A stretch of 64,000 nt of DNA from Felis catus (lineage: Eukaryota). The notes beneath the pieces were generated by a model. The model was not told the origin of the DNA, did not search any database, and saw only the letters and a list, made by a program, of their open reading frames with translations. The position numbers and the translations under genes are program-made. Below are positions 39,660 through 52,579 of the stretch, in pieces. Location: positions 34,226,001 through 34,290,000 of the forward strand of contig NC_058368.1 of NCBI RefSeq assembly GCF_018350175.1, written 5' to 3'. Position 1 is the stretch's first letter, and every line of letters starts with the position of its first letter.

Positions 39660-40330
39660 TTTCAAAAATCATTTACTGAATACTTGCTATGGATTGCATG
39701 TTTGCGTTCCCCAAGTACTTAACATGATGATATTTGGAGACGTAGCCCTTGGGAAGTGGGTGGACCCCTCACGATGGGATTAGTGCCTTTGTAAGAAGAG
39801 AAACAAGACAGCTTGCTCCCCTTTCCTACCTGCCACCATGAGAGGAGACAAGGAAATGATGCTCTCACCCAAACCTGACTTTGCTGGCACCCTGATCTGC
39901 AGAACTGTGAGAAATGCGTTTCTGTTTTTTTAAGCAACTCAGCCTACCTTACCTTGTTATAGCAGCCTAAACTGACTAAGACAATACCCATTTTTTATAT
40001 TCAAGGCACTGCTCCACATGCTGAGAATCTACGTTTTATAGAACAAAGTTGGTCTTCATGGAGTTTATAATCTAGTGTGAAAGACAGACAGAAATGAACA
40101 AACAAATAAATACTACGCTTATATAACATAATGTCAAGTAGTAAAAGAGCTATTTAAAAAGACAAAGGAAAAACTACAAAAAGATGGGAGTGTGGAGATA
40201 CTTTGTACAGAATGATCAGGAAATGCTTTTTTGGGAGGTGGTGTTTGAGCAGAACCCTGAATGGAATGAGCAACTAACTCACAGCAAGCACTTGTGGAAG
40301 AGGCTTCCAGATAAATGAGGTAACAGATGT
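39660..40330 (-). mobile_element. L2 3' region interrupted by an MLT1A-like LTR
   Basis: catttactgaatact [LTR] ...aggcactgct...gtcttcatggagtttataatctagtg...tgtttgagcagaaccctgaatg. Confidence 0.7.
39685..39983 (+). mobile_element. MaLR LTR (MLT1A-like)
   Basis: tgctatggattg...gttatagcagcctaaactgactaagaca; 5-bp TSD atact/atacc. Confidence 0.9.
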
Positions 40331-41496
40331 CCAAGGCTTTAAGGAAGGAGGGCAGAAAATGGGAGAGGATGGTAGAATGAGGATGGATGGAACGAATGAG
40401 GGGAGAAATTTATGAAGCCAAATGTGACTTGGTAAAGCAGTAAACGTTTATTGTATAAATGAATGAATGTTAAGTATGGGTAAGTGGAGCTCAGATGAAT
40501 GTGAATAAACAAAAGAAAATGAACAAATGATAGTGAAAGAACTCACGGCAGAGGAGAAATAAATTATGCTGATTGGTGTAACTAAAAGCACTGGCCACAG
40601 ATATCTCCTTGCCAATTACATAAACCAGTGATTTCTAATGCTGGTTTTGAGACACTTGGTGTGGTTTTAATTATCCCAAGAGGTATAATATAATTTTCCA
40701 AACAAGTGATTAAAACTTAGAATGGGAAGAATATTTCAAAATCAAATTAGTCTGTCTACAAGCCAATAATCTGAAGTTATGGTCAGAGGAACAGGTAGTT
40801 CTTTGCAAATGAATTTACCTTTAAATTGACTTTTAAATAGCAATGCAACACTGAAGATCTCGTGAAATGCCTCTGGCACTGTCGCCTTATTCTCATATTT
40901 CATTTTAACTTATTACTAAACATTTTCTTCAGAGTCAATGTGTAATTATGTTCACCTCTAGACTGACAGTAACCTAATTAATATGTGTATCTATCATTTG
41001 TGTACCTCATTTACTTTAGTTATTTGATTCCTATCTATTATACATATAATGCCGAGGATGACATTGACAAAAGCATTTCCTGCTTAAATATCAAAAGAAA
41101 ATGATGATAAAGAGGGATATATTCTTACTCCTGTTGAAAGATACCTTCCCCTTTTGTAAGCAAAACTTTTCCATTTCTTTTTTTTTTCCTTACTCTATTA
41201 CAAGCTATTGCAACTTTCCAGAAAGGCAAGTTTTTTTTTCCTTTTCTTTTTTTTTTTTTTTTTTTTAGTTTGTCCTCCAGCTAGGGAAACTATTTAGAAA
41301 ATTGGTTTCTTTTAGTTTGGCCCCATGCAGGCTTGACCTATTTTACCTTGTTACAGTGATGGAGAGCTCCATTCCTGAGAAAATTTAGCTTCAAAAAGTT
41401 CTGTTAATGGAAGAGGTACAGACACCCCCTTACCAGCAGGTACAAATAAAACTTCTCTCTTTAAATCTTTTAATATGATTACCAAATTAATTTGTT

Positions 41497-41520
41497 ATAT
41501 ATATATATATATATATATAT
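41497..41520. repeat. (TA)n microsatellite
   Basis: Direct inspection. Confidence 0.9.
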
Positions 41521-43159
41521 TAATTAAATAAAGTGAATATAATCTAATAAGTATGCAGGTGTAAATTATATATTATCATACAAAGCATAAGAGCCATGAT
41601 TGAAATCAACAAAAGTTTTAAGTAATATTTTGTTTACGATTAATAATGTGATAATGTGATCAACAAAATTAAAATGAATTCAGATGATAATCTTGAAAAT
41701 TATAGCCTACATCTTTAAATAATGTGTTTCTCCTTTTCACTGCTCAAGATAAAACAGATTCAGTCTAAATTTCTAGCAAACAATCTGCTGTCCCCCTCAC
41801 AGGATAGTGCAAGATAGCAAGATTGGTCACCTCAGTCGGTTTTAACAAGATACTGTTAAGTATGAATATAGTTTAGTCCATAAGTGAACAAACGGTTTAT
41901 TTTTTTAATGGGAAAACAATTCTGTGCAATGACTAGAAAGCACATCACTAACCTGGGCCGGCTTCATTAATCTGCCAACCACTTTTTTTATTCGCAAGTA
42001 AGCAACTGAGTGAATCAGCATAACCCACTGTCACGCACGAGAATGAACACCAACCACATATTCGACAGGAATATTATCTTGTTACTTGAGGCAGGATCCC
42101 AATTATTTGAGTGCAATTACTAAATTTTGGCCAAAGGGCTTATTTTATTTTCTCAGTATATTAATGTTTCTTTGGCTGGCCTAACTCAAGGTAGCTGAGT
42201 TTGCAGTAACTGTATTTCACAAAGTTGTCTTCCAGAAACAACACTGTGTTATTACATTTTCTGTAAATAAAAAGAGTTTGGAATTTTGTTCATGACATCA
42301 ACTAATTAAGATTTAGTGTAAGTGCACATTTCGGTGAGTTGACAACACTAACTAGGTCATCAGTTATTTCTGCCCCATTCAACCAATATTATTATAATAG
42401 CAGTATAAAAGTCTATATGGAAACACAATAGCTAAATATCATGATTGTATCTAAATAAATTGTTTCTCTTAGGATATAGGAATTATTAGATTAAGTATTG
42501 ACTAAATTCCTCTTTTAAGTTTAGCAACTATAATAATATGTAGTAATAAAATAGTGTTTATTATTATTTAATTGTTTTAGTTTATCCTGAAGAGCATGAG
42601 AAAATGTATTCCTCAGACAGAGTCACAAATTTGTTTATATTGCCAAAGAAACACACTTTACTAAGCACACGTTTGAAACATCTGTTTAATGTTTCTGATT
42701 GTTTTTCACTTACAGTAAGCTTATCAATAAAAAGAATCATTCAGAGAAAATATAACAGAAATTCATGTTTGAGTACATTTGGAAAGAACTCAATATATCA
42801 GGTGTAAAAAGCTTTCAAATAGTGAAAGGTTTGCATTTATACTAGAAGTACACATCTAATAAAACAAACAACTGATGGGGGGGGGATTTCACATAAAGGA
42901 CTTTATTTTTATTCTTGGAATGCTTTCCCAATGCTCGTGTGTATTACTAACTGACCTTCCAGCAGCTCTCTGTCAGAACACCTGCATTTTGCTAGTCTTG
43001 CTACAGTAGCTCTCCCCTTTTCTGGTTAAAATCTCCATCAACCCAAACTTCTAAATTTGTCTTGATAATCCTCTTTCATCTCAGTTTTTGCCCAATCTTT
43101 CACATTTTAGTTTTTTATTCACTCATCTCTTGGAAGTCTCTTTAAAATATTAACAATGA

Positions 43160-43375
43160 TTATAATAACATATATAGCATTTAAACTTCGACTATGAGAC
43201 AAGCACCATTAACCTGGGTCCTTGAACTTACATTTAATCTTCACAGCAATGCAGTCAGTATGTTATTATATTCACTTTACAAATAAGAAAAGAAAGTCCA
43301 GAGAGAAGGGGTAGAGCCACATCTGAACCTTGGCCCCTCCAAGTCCAGATATTCTACACTTTCCATTAAGCCACA
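43160..43375 (-). mobile_element. MIR
   Basis: catttaatcttcacagcaat...ttcactttacaaataagaaaag...ctttccattaagccac. Confidence 0.6.
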
Positions 43376-43848
43376 TGATTTCACCTACTATTTAAGGAAT
43401 CAATCTTGCTATCACAGATCAAGTATCAGGTAAAAGACAGGATCAGTTATGCCACTAGATTGCCCTCTCTCTCAATCCCTGTCTGCTTCTTGGTGAAATG
43501 TATCAGTCATCTACGGTAGTTAGGTTAGAAGACAATACTCGAAATCTGGGAGGAGCAAGAAGAATAGATAAACCTGTCTGTAGTAAATGTTTTATGTGAA
43601 ATCTTTCACTTTAATGGGACCAAATTTAGCAGTCAAACTGCATTTCCAAACATTTTGACTTAATTGACAACATGATTGCCCAAAACATTTATGGGAATTT
43701 AGAAATCAGTTTGTTCAAAATCTTCATTTTATAGTAATGAATGTAAGGCTCAAATTGATAAATGAGTTGCTTAAAGTCTATATCAACTTTACCATTAATT
43801 TTACCATTAATGAGATTTTAGACTCTTTATTAAATTCATATCCCTTGT

Positions 43849-43901
43849 GAGCACTGGGTGTTGTATGGAAACCAATTTGACAATAAATTTCATATTAAAA
43901 A
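43849..43901 (+). mobile_element. Extremely 5'-truncated felid L1 (terminal ~50 bp)
   Basis: gagcactgggtgttgtatggaaaccaatttgacaataaatttcatattaaaaa; 17-bp TSD aaattcatatcccttgt/aaactcataacccttgt. Confidence 0.9.
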
Positions 43902-44069
43902 AAACTCATAACCCTTGTTTTGAAAGCTAAGTAGATACACAGAATGAAGTAGTTTAAGACACGAAGAGGATTTCTGACCAAAAACAAATTCAACAGAATT
44001 ATATGTATAGTGAATTGTGGTCCCTACTATCTTATATTGTGACCTAACATTTAATAAAACGTATTTTTA

Positions 44070-44248
44070 GGGATGCCTGGGTGGCTCAGTCAATTAAGCA
44101 TCAACTCTTGATTTGGGCTCAGGTCATGATCTCATGACCTGGTTATGAGATAGAGCTCCAAGTCTGGCTCTGCACTGGGCGTGGAACCTGCTTAAGATTC
44201 TGTCTCTCCCTCTCCATCTGCCCCCCTCTCAAACAAAACAAAGAAATA
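44070..44248 (+). mobile_element. SINEC (older carnivore subfamily)
   Basis: gggatgcctgggtggctcagtc...ggaacctgcttaagattctgtctctccctctcc. Confidence 0.93.
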
Positions 44249-44742
44249 AACACATTTGTAAAGGCTTTAATTTTAATATGGTTTCAATCAATTTCACTTT
44301 CTCAAGCATAACCTTAAATCAGATTATAAACTGGTGATAGTGTTTTCTGGTGGAGGAATACATGTTTCAGAGTCAGTCCCTTCTGCTCTGATGTTATTTG
44401 TTGTATACACTAGTATATTTTTCACAGATTATTTAACCACTCTGAGCTTCATTGTATTAATATATAAAACCAAAAAAATATTCTCTTCATGAGAAATGTT
44501 ATAAGAATTAAACATGATAACTGACATCCATCACTGAAATCAAGCACTCTGATTAGTTTTAATTGAAGATGATGTTGTAGTTCTCCAATATTTGGTGAAG
44601 ACTTGTCAGAGAGTTTTATAATCCTGATGCCCGAAATCAAGTTTGGCCCATGACTCACGAGCCGAAGTGATGCGTTACCCTGCCACACATATGCTTTAAG
44701 TGTCTATGATAACAACTGAAGTGCTCCATACTCTCTTTCCAG

Positions 44743-44804
44743 CCAGCAAGAGTCGTGCAGTGAAGACACGGCCGTCTCTGACAGAAACGTAGAGCGAAGG
44801 AAAG
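44743..44804 (+). other. Candidate 62-nt exon of an unidentified plus-strand transcript
   Basis: Branch-like aactgaa, ctctctttccag| acceptor, ideal donor AAG|gtaagt; one open frame (QQESCSEDTAVSDRNVERRK); locally CpG-rich. Confidence 0.55.
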
Positions 44805-45788
44805 GTAAGTCTTCATTGTTTTAACGCCACTGAGGTGGCGAAATGTTTGTTGCTGGTGGTGCTGTTGTAAAAGCAACAATCTACCTTTGTTTTAACGTAG
44901 TCAGCAATGATGAACAAATGGTGGTTCTTCCAGGAGACATTTGTGATTTACTCTCAAGTATTCATTTCTCCCTTCCCCATAGTGCCTGGTTTCTTTCCTG
45001 TCATCCAAGAAAACTGTATTCCGCTGACTACTGAGAAAGAGCATATAAGCAGAGCACTTTAGAATGACTCCATGCTTCTTTTTTCTAGGACGTGCCTTTG
45101 TAGTTCTTCACTGCAGCAGAGTTTGGCTAACACTCTCTTTTCCAGGATTGGAGAGCCAAATGAGATGGAATAATATATAGTAAATGCTAGAAAGGTAGGG
45201 ATGTAATAAACTGCTGAACGAAAAGTTAAGGCCAGAATACACCTTCCCCCACCCCACCACACCCACACATACACGTTTGTCCACCCCCAAAGGTAAATGA
45301 ATATAATTTTGCAGATGAATTTGGAAGAAAAGAGTATCCATTAGAAGTACATTATTGTGACTTGCTATTCCATGTATTGTTTCAAGTTGCTCCTACGTAG
45401 CGGATTACACTGAGTCAACTGAGTGCTGTGAAGCTGGGGACTATACTGAGGCTCAGGTATAGATTTCAAGACACCGTCTTGGACTCAAATATAACTATAC
45501 AGGACTTTGGCTTTGGAGACCAGCCCACGGAACGGCTGGGTAATAGATTAAAATTCTACAGTTTTTAGGGAGATATATTGCTAGAGAATAACAAAAATGA
45601 AAGAAAGAAATGTGATTGTTGGTCCTTGGATGATCTTTAGATATCTACAAATAGGGAGCAAGATGTTACAACCAGAGAATCCCACTGAAGTTTTGCAAAT
45701 GTCATCTCAGGTGTGTCAATGGAAAACGACGGACAATGGAGACTCTCCTAGTGAACTGAACCATGGCAACTCTTAGAGACCTAGATTC

Positions 45789-45868
45789 TTTTTATTTTAA
45801 TATTTAATTATGTATTTTTTTAGAGAGAGAGAGAGAGAGAGACTGAAAGCAAGCATCAACAGGGGAGT

Positions 45869-45914
<46 letters not shown>

Positions 45915-46040
45915 TTCCCAAGTGGGCTCTGGGATGATGGTTCAGAGCCTGACACAGGGCTGGAACTCAGGAAACGAGATCATGACCTGAGCGAAAACCA
46001 AGAGTCTGGCGCTTAACTGAATGAGCCACCCAGGAACCCC
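45789..46040 (-). mobile_element. SINEC with expanded (GA)n
   Basis: rc SINEC; TSD ttagagacctagattctt/ttagagacctgtattctt. Confidence 0.94.
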
Positions 46041-46620
46041 TTAGAGACCTGTATTCTTACAACCAAAATATAATTTTTTATTCCTTTACAATGGCTATAA
46101 ATGCATTTTATATAAATATAGTCAGTTTTAATAGTTTGTTATATGTGCACAGACATTGGTTAACAAGGTGATGGACTCTTGTGGGACTTTTGTTGTAACC
46201 TACCAGGATCTGTTGTCTTTTATCTACCTTCAGTGATTTGAGAGGATGGCTGTGGTGGCAGTGGGGAGATTTGGGGAGGTTCCAAGAAAAGCTAAATTCA
46301 AGGACAAAGCACATGGCTTAGATCCCTTAATTTGGATACAATAATCAATTAAGGAGGGGGCAAAATGTATAAACTGTATTATTATAGATTAAAGTCATTT
46401 CCTAGAAAATCTGAGTAAATCTATCTCTTGCTCCTCATGGTAGTTTTTGCATGTGATGTCTTGAATTACTGATGCCATTTTGCTGTCATTAGAGGATATC
46501 GCAGATAAGACAATCAGAAAGAAACAAAGTCTAATCAAATATGTCTGAATTCTCTCCTAGCGCTGAAATTTTTATAACACCCTGACTGGCCTTACCCCCA
46601 AACTTCCATTCACATTGATG

Positions 46621-46622
<2 letters not shown>

Positions 46623-46661
<39 letters not shown>

Positions 46662-46666
46662 ACACA
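46623..46666. repeat. (CA)n microsatellite
   Basis: Direct inspection. Confidence 0.97.
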
Positions 46667-46689
46667 TTTTGCCAAGAAAAATTTAAAAG

Positions 46690-47310
46690 GACTTTATTTC
46701 TTAAAGCAGTTTCCTATTTATAGAAAATTGAGAGAAAGGTATAGGGATATCCTTTCCCTCCCCCACATGCATGGTTCCCCCCATTTTCAACACCTTCTAT
46801 AAGAGTGGTACATTTGTTGCAATTTGTAGTCCACACTAACACATGATTATCATCCAAAGTCCATAGTTTACATTAGTGTCCGGTCTTGGTGAGTTTGAAA
46901 AAGATACACTGCCATGTGTCTGCCATTATAGTGTCATAGAGAGTATTTTCACTGACTTAAAAATCTGTGCTTCAGCTATTCAGTCCCACTGACCACAACC
47001 ACTGATTTTTTTTCTGTCTCCATAGTTTTGCCTTGTCAAGAATATCATATAGTTGAATCATATAGTATATAGACTTTTCAGATTGGCTTCTTTCACTTAG
47101 TAGTAGGTATTTAAGGTGATTCCATGTCTTTTCATGGCTTGAGAGTTCATTTCTTTGAAGCGCTACATAATATTCTGTTGTCTAGATATACCACAGTTTA
47201 TTTATCTATTCACCTACTGACAGACATTTTAGTTGCATCCAAGTTTGGGCAATTATGAATAAAACAGCTATAAACATCCATGGCCAGATTTTGGTGTAGA
47301 CAAGTTTTTC
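46690..47310 (-). mobile_element. L1MC1-like 3' end
   Basis: Homologous to 15620-16270 (ccaaagtccatagtttacatt, cattatagtgtcatagagagtattttcactg, cacctactga). Confidence 0.85.
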
Positions 47311-48041
47311 TTTTTATCTTTTTTTCTTATTTTTTGGTTATTTTACCCCATCCTTTTCATGTCCCCAAGGTAATCTATACTACTCTGTTGCTATCACCTT
47401 CCATGTTTTATCCCATGCCAATATGAACATATCTTTATTATTGTTTTGCCAAAGAGTGAAATCACATTTTAAACACATTTCTGCACCCTCAAAATGATCT
47501 CTTAGAAATCCATGTCAGTTAACTGGTAAAATTATATAATTGCTTTAGAAGCTAGATAATGTTATTTGGTATAGATATACTCATTCTTTATTAATGGGTA
47601 TTTAATTAAGGCTTTTGTTTTGTATGTGCTTACATTTTTACTTTATTCTGCTATTAATATCATTGTACATATTTTACTTTGCATTAGTGCTTTTTTCCAT
47701 ATAGAATAAGTTTTCTAGTAATATAATTGGTGGGTCAAAAGATAAATTTAAATAGTTATGTTGGGTTTTATGGCAATTTTCCACAATGCTGAAATGATTC
47801 ACATTTTCTCCAATAAGAACTGAGCATACCCTCTTCCTACAGCCCTACAAAAAGTAGATATATCACTTTGTCAGAAATATACAAATTGCTATTTGTCATT
47901 TAATTTACTGAGTACTATGTTTAGGCACCTTCTTTTGCAGTGTTTGGACAATTGTAATGGACACTCTTCTGTGAGTGTCCTAAGCACATCCTTTGTCAAT
48001 TTTTTCACCAGGTTACATGTTATTTTATAGTTCATTTTTAA

Positions 48042-48255
48042 AAATTTTTTTAACATTTATTTATTATTCAAGACAGAGAGAGTCAGTGAATGAGCAGGGG
48101 ATGGGGCAGAGGGAGAGGAAGACACAGAATCCAAAGCTGGCTCCAGTCTCTGAGCTGTCAGCACAGAGCCTGACGCGGGGCTCAAACTCATAAACCGCAA
48201 GATCATGACCTGAGCCAAAGTCCAACGTTTAACCGATGGAGCCACCCAGGCGCCC
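48042..48255 (-). mobile_element. SINEC_Fc-type SINE
   Basis: rc SINEC; TSD tatagttcatttttaa. Confidence 0.96.
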
Positions 48256-49047
48256 TGTATAGTTCATTTTTAAGAGGGCTTGAAATTTGTTCGTATTGTA
48301 ATTTTGCAACATTACAAATGTATTATTTTCCCTTATTTTTTTAGATACTCCTAAAATACAAAAAAAAGTAAACCATTGATTTTATGTATTTTTCTTGAAA
48401 TTAACAATACTGCCATACTCTTTATTTCCAGGAATGTTACATTTCCCAAGGATCGTAATCCTAACATTACATTATCAAAAAGTGCTATAGTATTCTGTGT
48501 TATTTTTCAAATGTTTTCACCAGTTTATTTTAATTTTTTTCTTATTTCACTTGTTTTATTCTGCTTTTATCTCATATTTCAACTATGACAAAGAATAATA
48601 ATAAAAACAAAAACATCTATTCTAGGTCCTGGGATAAATTGAAATCACTTTTGTGTTTAAAATAACATTTTCTCCTATTTTTTTGTAAATTGTCATGATT
48701 ATATTTTAAAAGCTTATAGCTAATCTTATTTATCAGAAAGTTACTAAAGTGTATGCAATCTCCTTACCTGTTCATGAAGTTTGAATTTGGTTTTCTTTTT
48801 CATTGCAGTAAAAGGCATTTTAATTAATACTATTCAAGTTATCTTCACTCCAGCAATGACAACATTTATAAACAGATTTAAATATAGTAGTGTCAATTCC
48901 CAGTGCTTACATTCTGTATAAATGTAATGTTTTAATTGTCTAGTTTTGAACAAGTAACTTTAAATAGAATTCTTAACTGGAAATTCTCATTCATTCAGCT
49001 TTATCAGTGAATATAGATGTTATATCTTATTAAGAGATCCTCTGTTT

Positions 49048-49257
49048 GGGGCGCCTGGATGGCTCAGTCAGTTAAGCATCTGACTTCAGCTCAGGTCATG
49101 ATCTCACGGTTTGTGAGCTCGAGCCCCACGTCAAGCTCTATGCTCAAGCCTGGAACCTGCTTCAAGTTCTGTGTTTCCCTCTCTGCCCCTCCCCCACTGA
49201 CACACTGCCTCTCTCGCTCTCTCTCAAAAATAAATAAACGTTAAAATTAAAAAAGAA
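49048..49257 (+). mobile_element. SINEC_Fc-type SINE
   Basis: ggggcgcctggatggctcagtc; perfect 16-bp TSD aagagatcctctgttt. Confidence 0.97.
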
Positions 49258-49871
49258 AAGAGATCCTCTGTTTAAAAACTCTAATTCAGTAGCGGTTTAT
49301 TTTTATTTTTTTAAGTTTAATATTCGAGAGCAATTACCTATTGCCATTGGTAACAAGCTGCAGGTGTCCTATTAATATAGCTGAATTTAATTAATTTGAT
49401 TTTTGGCTTGAAGGTCTTTGGTGATAAAGAATTCAAGATTATGCCTTTAAAGACTAAAATTTACCATAAATGAATTATGATCTGTACCTTGCATAAGAGC
49501 TGTTGTTTCATAACTGCACGAAACAAAACCTAACTCACTGAATACAGGATATGGTTATTAACTTATTTCAGAGTTAGAAAACACTAAGATTTTACCCTTC
49601 ATTTGTTCCTGATTAAATACATGTCTTTAATATCTTTGAAATTGATAATGCTTAATATAAATAACAGTACTAATTTTAATCAAAAATATTGTTTTGTTTT
49701 TGAGATACACATACTTTCTTCAGCAATGTATAACATAATATAAAGAAGCAATTGTGTAAAATAAACTGTGAAGATCAAAATCCTTATTTCAGGTTCTAAA
49801 TAATATATTCACAAACATTTTATGGTTATCCTTGGTCTAAATAAATAACATAAACTTTCAACTTTGTAGTA

Positions 49872-49894
49872 TGTGTGTGTGTGTGTGTGTGTGT

Positions 49895-49934
<40 letters not shown>
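49872..49934. repeat. Interrupted (TG)n microsatellite
   Basis: Direct inspection. Confidence 0.96.
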
Positions 49935-51595
49935 TTATGTTCTCTGTGTTTATTTATTAGCCTGTAAGTTTAGGTTCTTTGAAGTTTAAAACGTTAATGA
50001 ACTTTCTAAGGTAACTGACATCCTCCAGGAAATAATTTATGTGAGGGTAATAGGCCTGGTCATTTACCATGGATTTAAAGATTCTGTACATATAATTTTA
50101 CATTGATATTTTCAGAGTTGATGAAGTAGGACCAGGCCCTTGACTATAAAGATGGGAGAAGCACTTAAATAGTGATAACATGATCTGATAAATCTTATTC
50201 GTAAATTAAGAGCAATAAATGTTGGAAGAGTACTGTGCTTGATTGATGTAATAAGCTTAATGGGCATGTGCCTCAGCTTTAATAGGAAAATGTAAGTGTT
50301 AATATTTTATTCAACTTTCTTCTTGGCTTTACCATACTTAATTATATAAACAAAAATCCTATTCTGAGAATTATGGCTAAATATTGATTCTCAAATGAAA
50401 GAAAAAATAGACAATTTCTTCTACTCATGGTTAAGTTGTCAGCTCTGTAAAAGAACCTAACTCTAACCTACCTATTAGAGAATCATCTAATACAAATGAT
50501 TGTGCTTGTAGTACATGGTACATTTTGTGTGAATTTGTCATTTAAGTTTTCATAGAGATGCTGTGCCTCAAGGAACAAATTGTGTCCATCATTAGTGTGG
50601 TAATTGCTACAGACCAAGATAGCCAAATGCAGAAATGCTAAGTACTATATAATTAACCAACCATGAAATAATTTGGCTGGCATCATGCAAGTCTACGTTG
50701 CTGACAAATGATAATGCCAATATTCAGCTTTGAAATGGAGAACCTTGATTACATTTCCAAATAAATCCCCACGGAAAACAGCAGTTCAGAGTTGAAGGAA
50801 GAAAATTTGAGAATATCTGGAATTCCTGGGGCTTCCATATTATAGTAATATATAATGAATATTTATGGAAAAGTTTTGAAGTATCAATAAAAATAATTAT
50901 GTGTGTATGCATGCGTGTATATAAAAACGTCCTACAAAATTCAAAAATTCAAGAAAAATGCAAAACATAGACAAACAAAAAGCTATACTTAGAGTAAATG
51001 AGCCAAATTTCATCATAATTCCTTTAGGGGATTGAAATGATGTATCATCATTTCATATTAGACAGATTTTGAACATTACATTAATGTGTGATGACCGCAT
51101 ATCACCAATTATCCTAGACTGGCACAGTTTTATATATTTGTTATTTTCAATAAAATTGATTTATTACATGCATTACTTAATAAAGTGCCAATTTTGATAT
51201 TTGAGGCTCTTTTTAAATATATTAGAAAAATTAGTAACTTTTTTGGATTTCTGTTTCTAAAAAAGTCACTAATTATGGGGAACACTTAATATGACTTACT
51301 GGATAAAAGATTACTTGGGACACCTCTCATTCAGACACACACAAAAACATCCTCAATGCGACTTTATTAACTCGACTACTTTCTAAGAAGGAATCAATTT
51401 ATTTGAAGGTTATAGCTACTTCAAATGTCGCCAAAATATCAATTTAAGTATAATAAACCTCTCCGACTGCTTTTAACTCCATGCTTTCCTTGACACCTGA
51501 AAGCTGTCATCACCATATTTACCCTGCCATTTTATACTTATAATTGTAATTTTAGAATATTTTAATGTGCTTTTTATAACGGAACTTAAAGATTA

Positions 51596-51599
51596 TGTG

Positions 51600-51639
<40 letters not shown>

Positions 51640-51644
51640 TATAT
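51596..51644. repeat. (TA)n(CA)n compound microsatellite
   Basis: Direct inspection. Confidence 0.95.
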
Positions 51645-52579
51645 AATACAGTTTAACATTCTCATTTTAATTTACTATGTTCACATATATTTTTGTAGTC
51701 CATATGGATTTTATAATTGAAACTAGACTTGAATAATGCACACATAAATAAATAAAAATAAGAAAACAAAGTTACCTGAAAGTCCCATTAACATTTTAGA
51801 AAAATCATTCAAGATTTCTGTCTGTGCATGCACACACATGCACTATGTGCACAAACACATACATAAACACTTTTACAGTGGTCAATACCACATATTTTTT
51901 TTATTTTTTGTTAAGCTCTCTTACTATATCATAACACACTGTGTTATACAAATCAGTGTACATATATCTTATACTTCATCGGTTATATTTCATTGATGGA
52001 TTCTATAATGTTTGGCCACTTACCATTATAATGAAAAAGGCCGCAATAATACACTTATGAGTACATCTTGGCATAATTGTCTACTACCTCTTCTAGGTAA
52101 ATTCTAAAGGTGAAATAGCTATTTAAAAGAACTTATTTATGTTTACAAACAGAAAAACTGAATCCTAGAGGCAAAACGTTGCCCAGCCCACATTCCTACC
52201 TTTAACAGAGAATACATCTTATTCTGTTGAAGTCAAGGTTTCTGGGCATGTCTCTCCAAATCAGCATTTAAGCTCCTTTAAGGTAGAGTCCTTGGGACCC
52301 TGACTTACTTCTTTCTTCTAGGAAGTCTTTCCTCATCTATATCACCCTTCCTTCTATGGCTCCTGTACCCTCCAATTTACATTTCTTTCTCACTAGACTG
52401 AAAAATGCTGTGAGCAGAGGCTAACTTATTTTTCTTGATTCCTTAGCATACAGTACAATGTCATGCTTAGTAAATTGTCAATTGTGATTTAATAGGTGGA
52501 AGAATGACTTCAGGTTGGGACTAAGGTTATCACCTATTTCTCTCAAACCTGATTTGATAGGAAAACACTGTTACAGGGT

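Noticed and set aside
44825..44842. CTCF site at cgccactgaggtggcg
   Set aside because: Spacing between CCAC and GGC is 6 nt on both strands, against 5 in the CTCF core.
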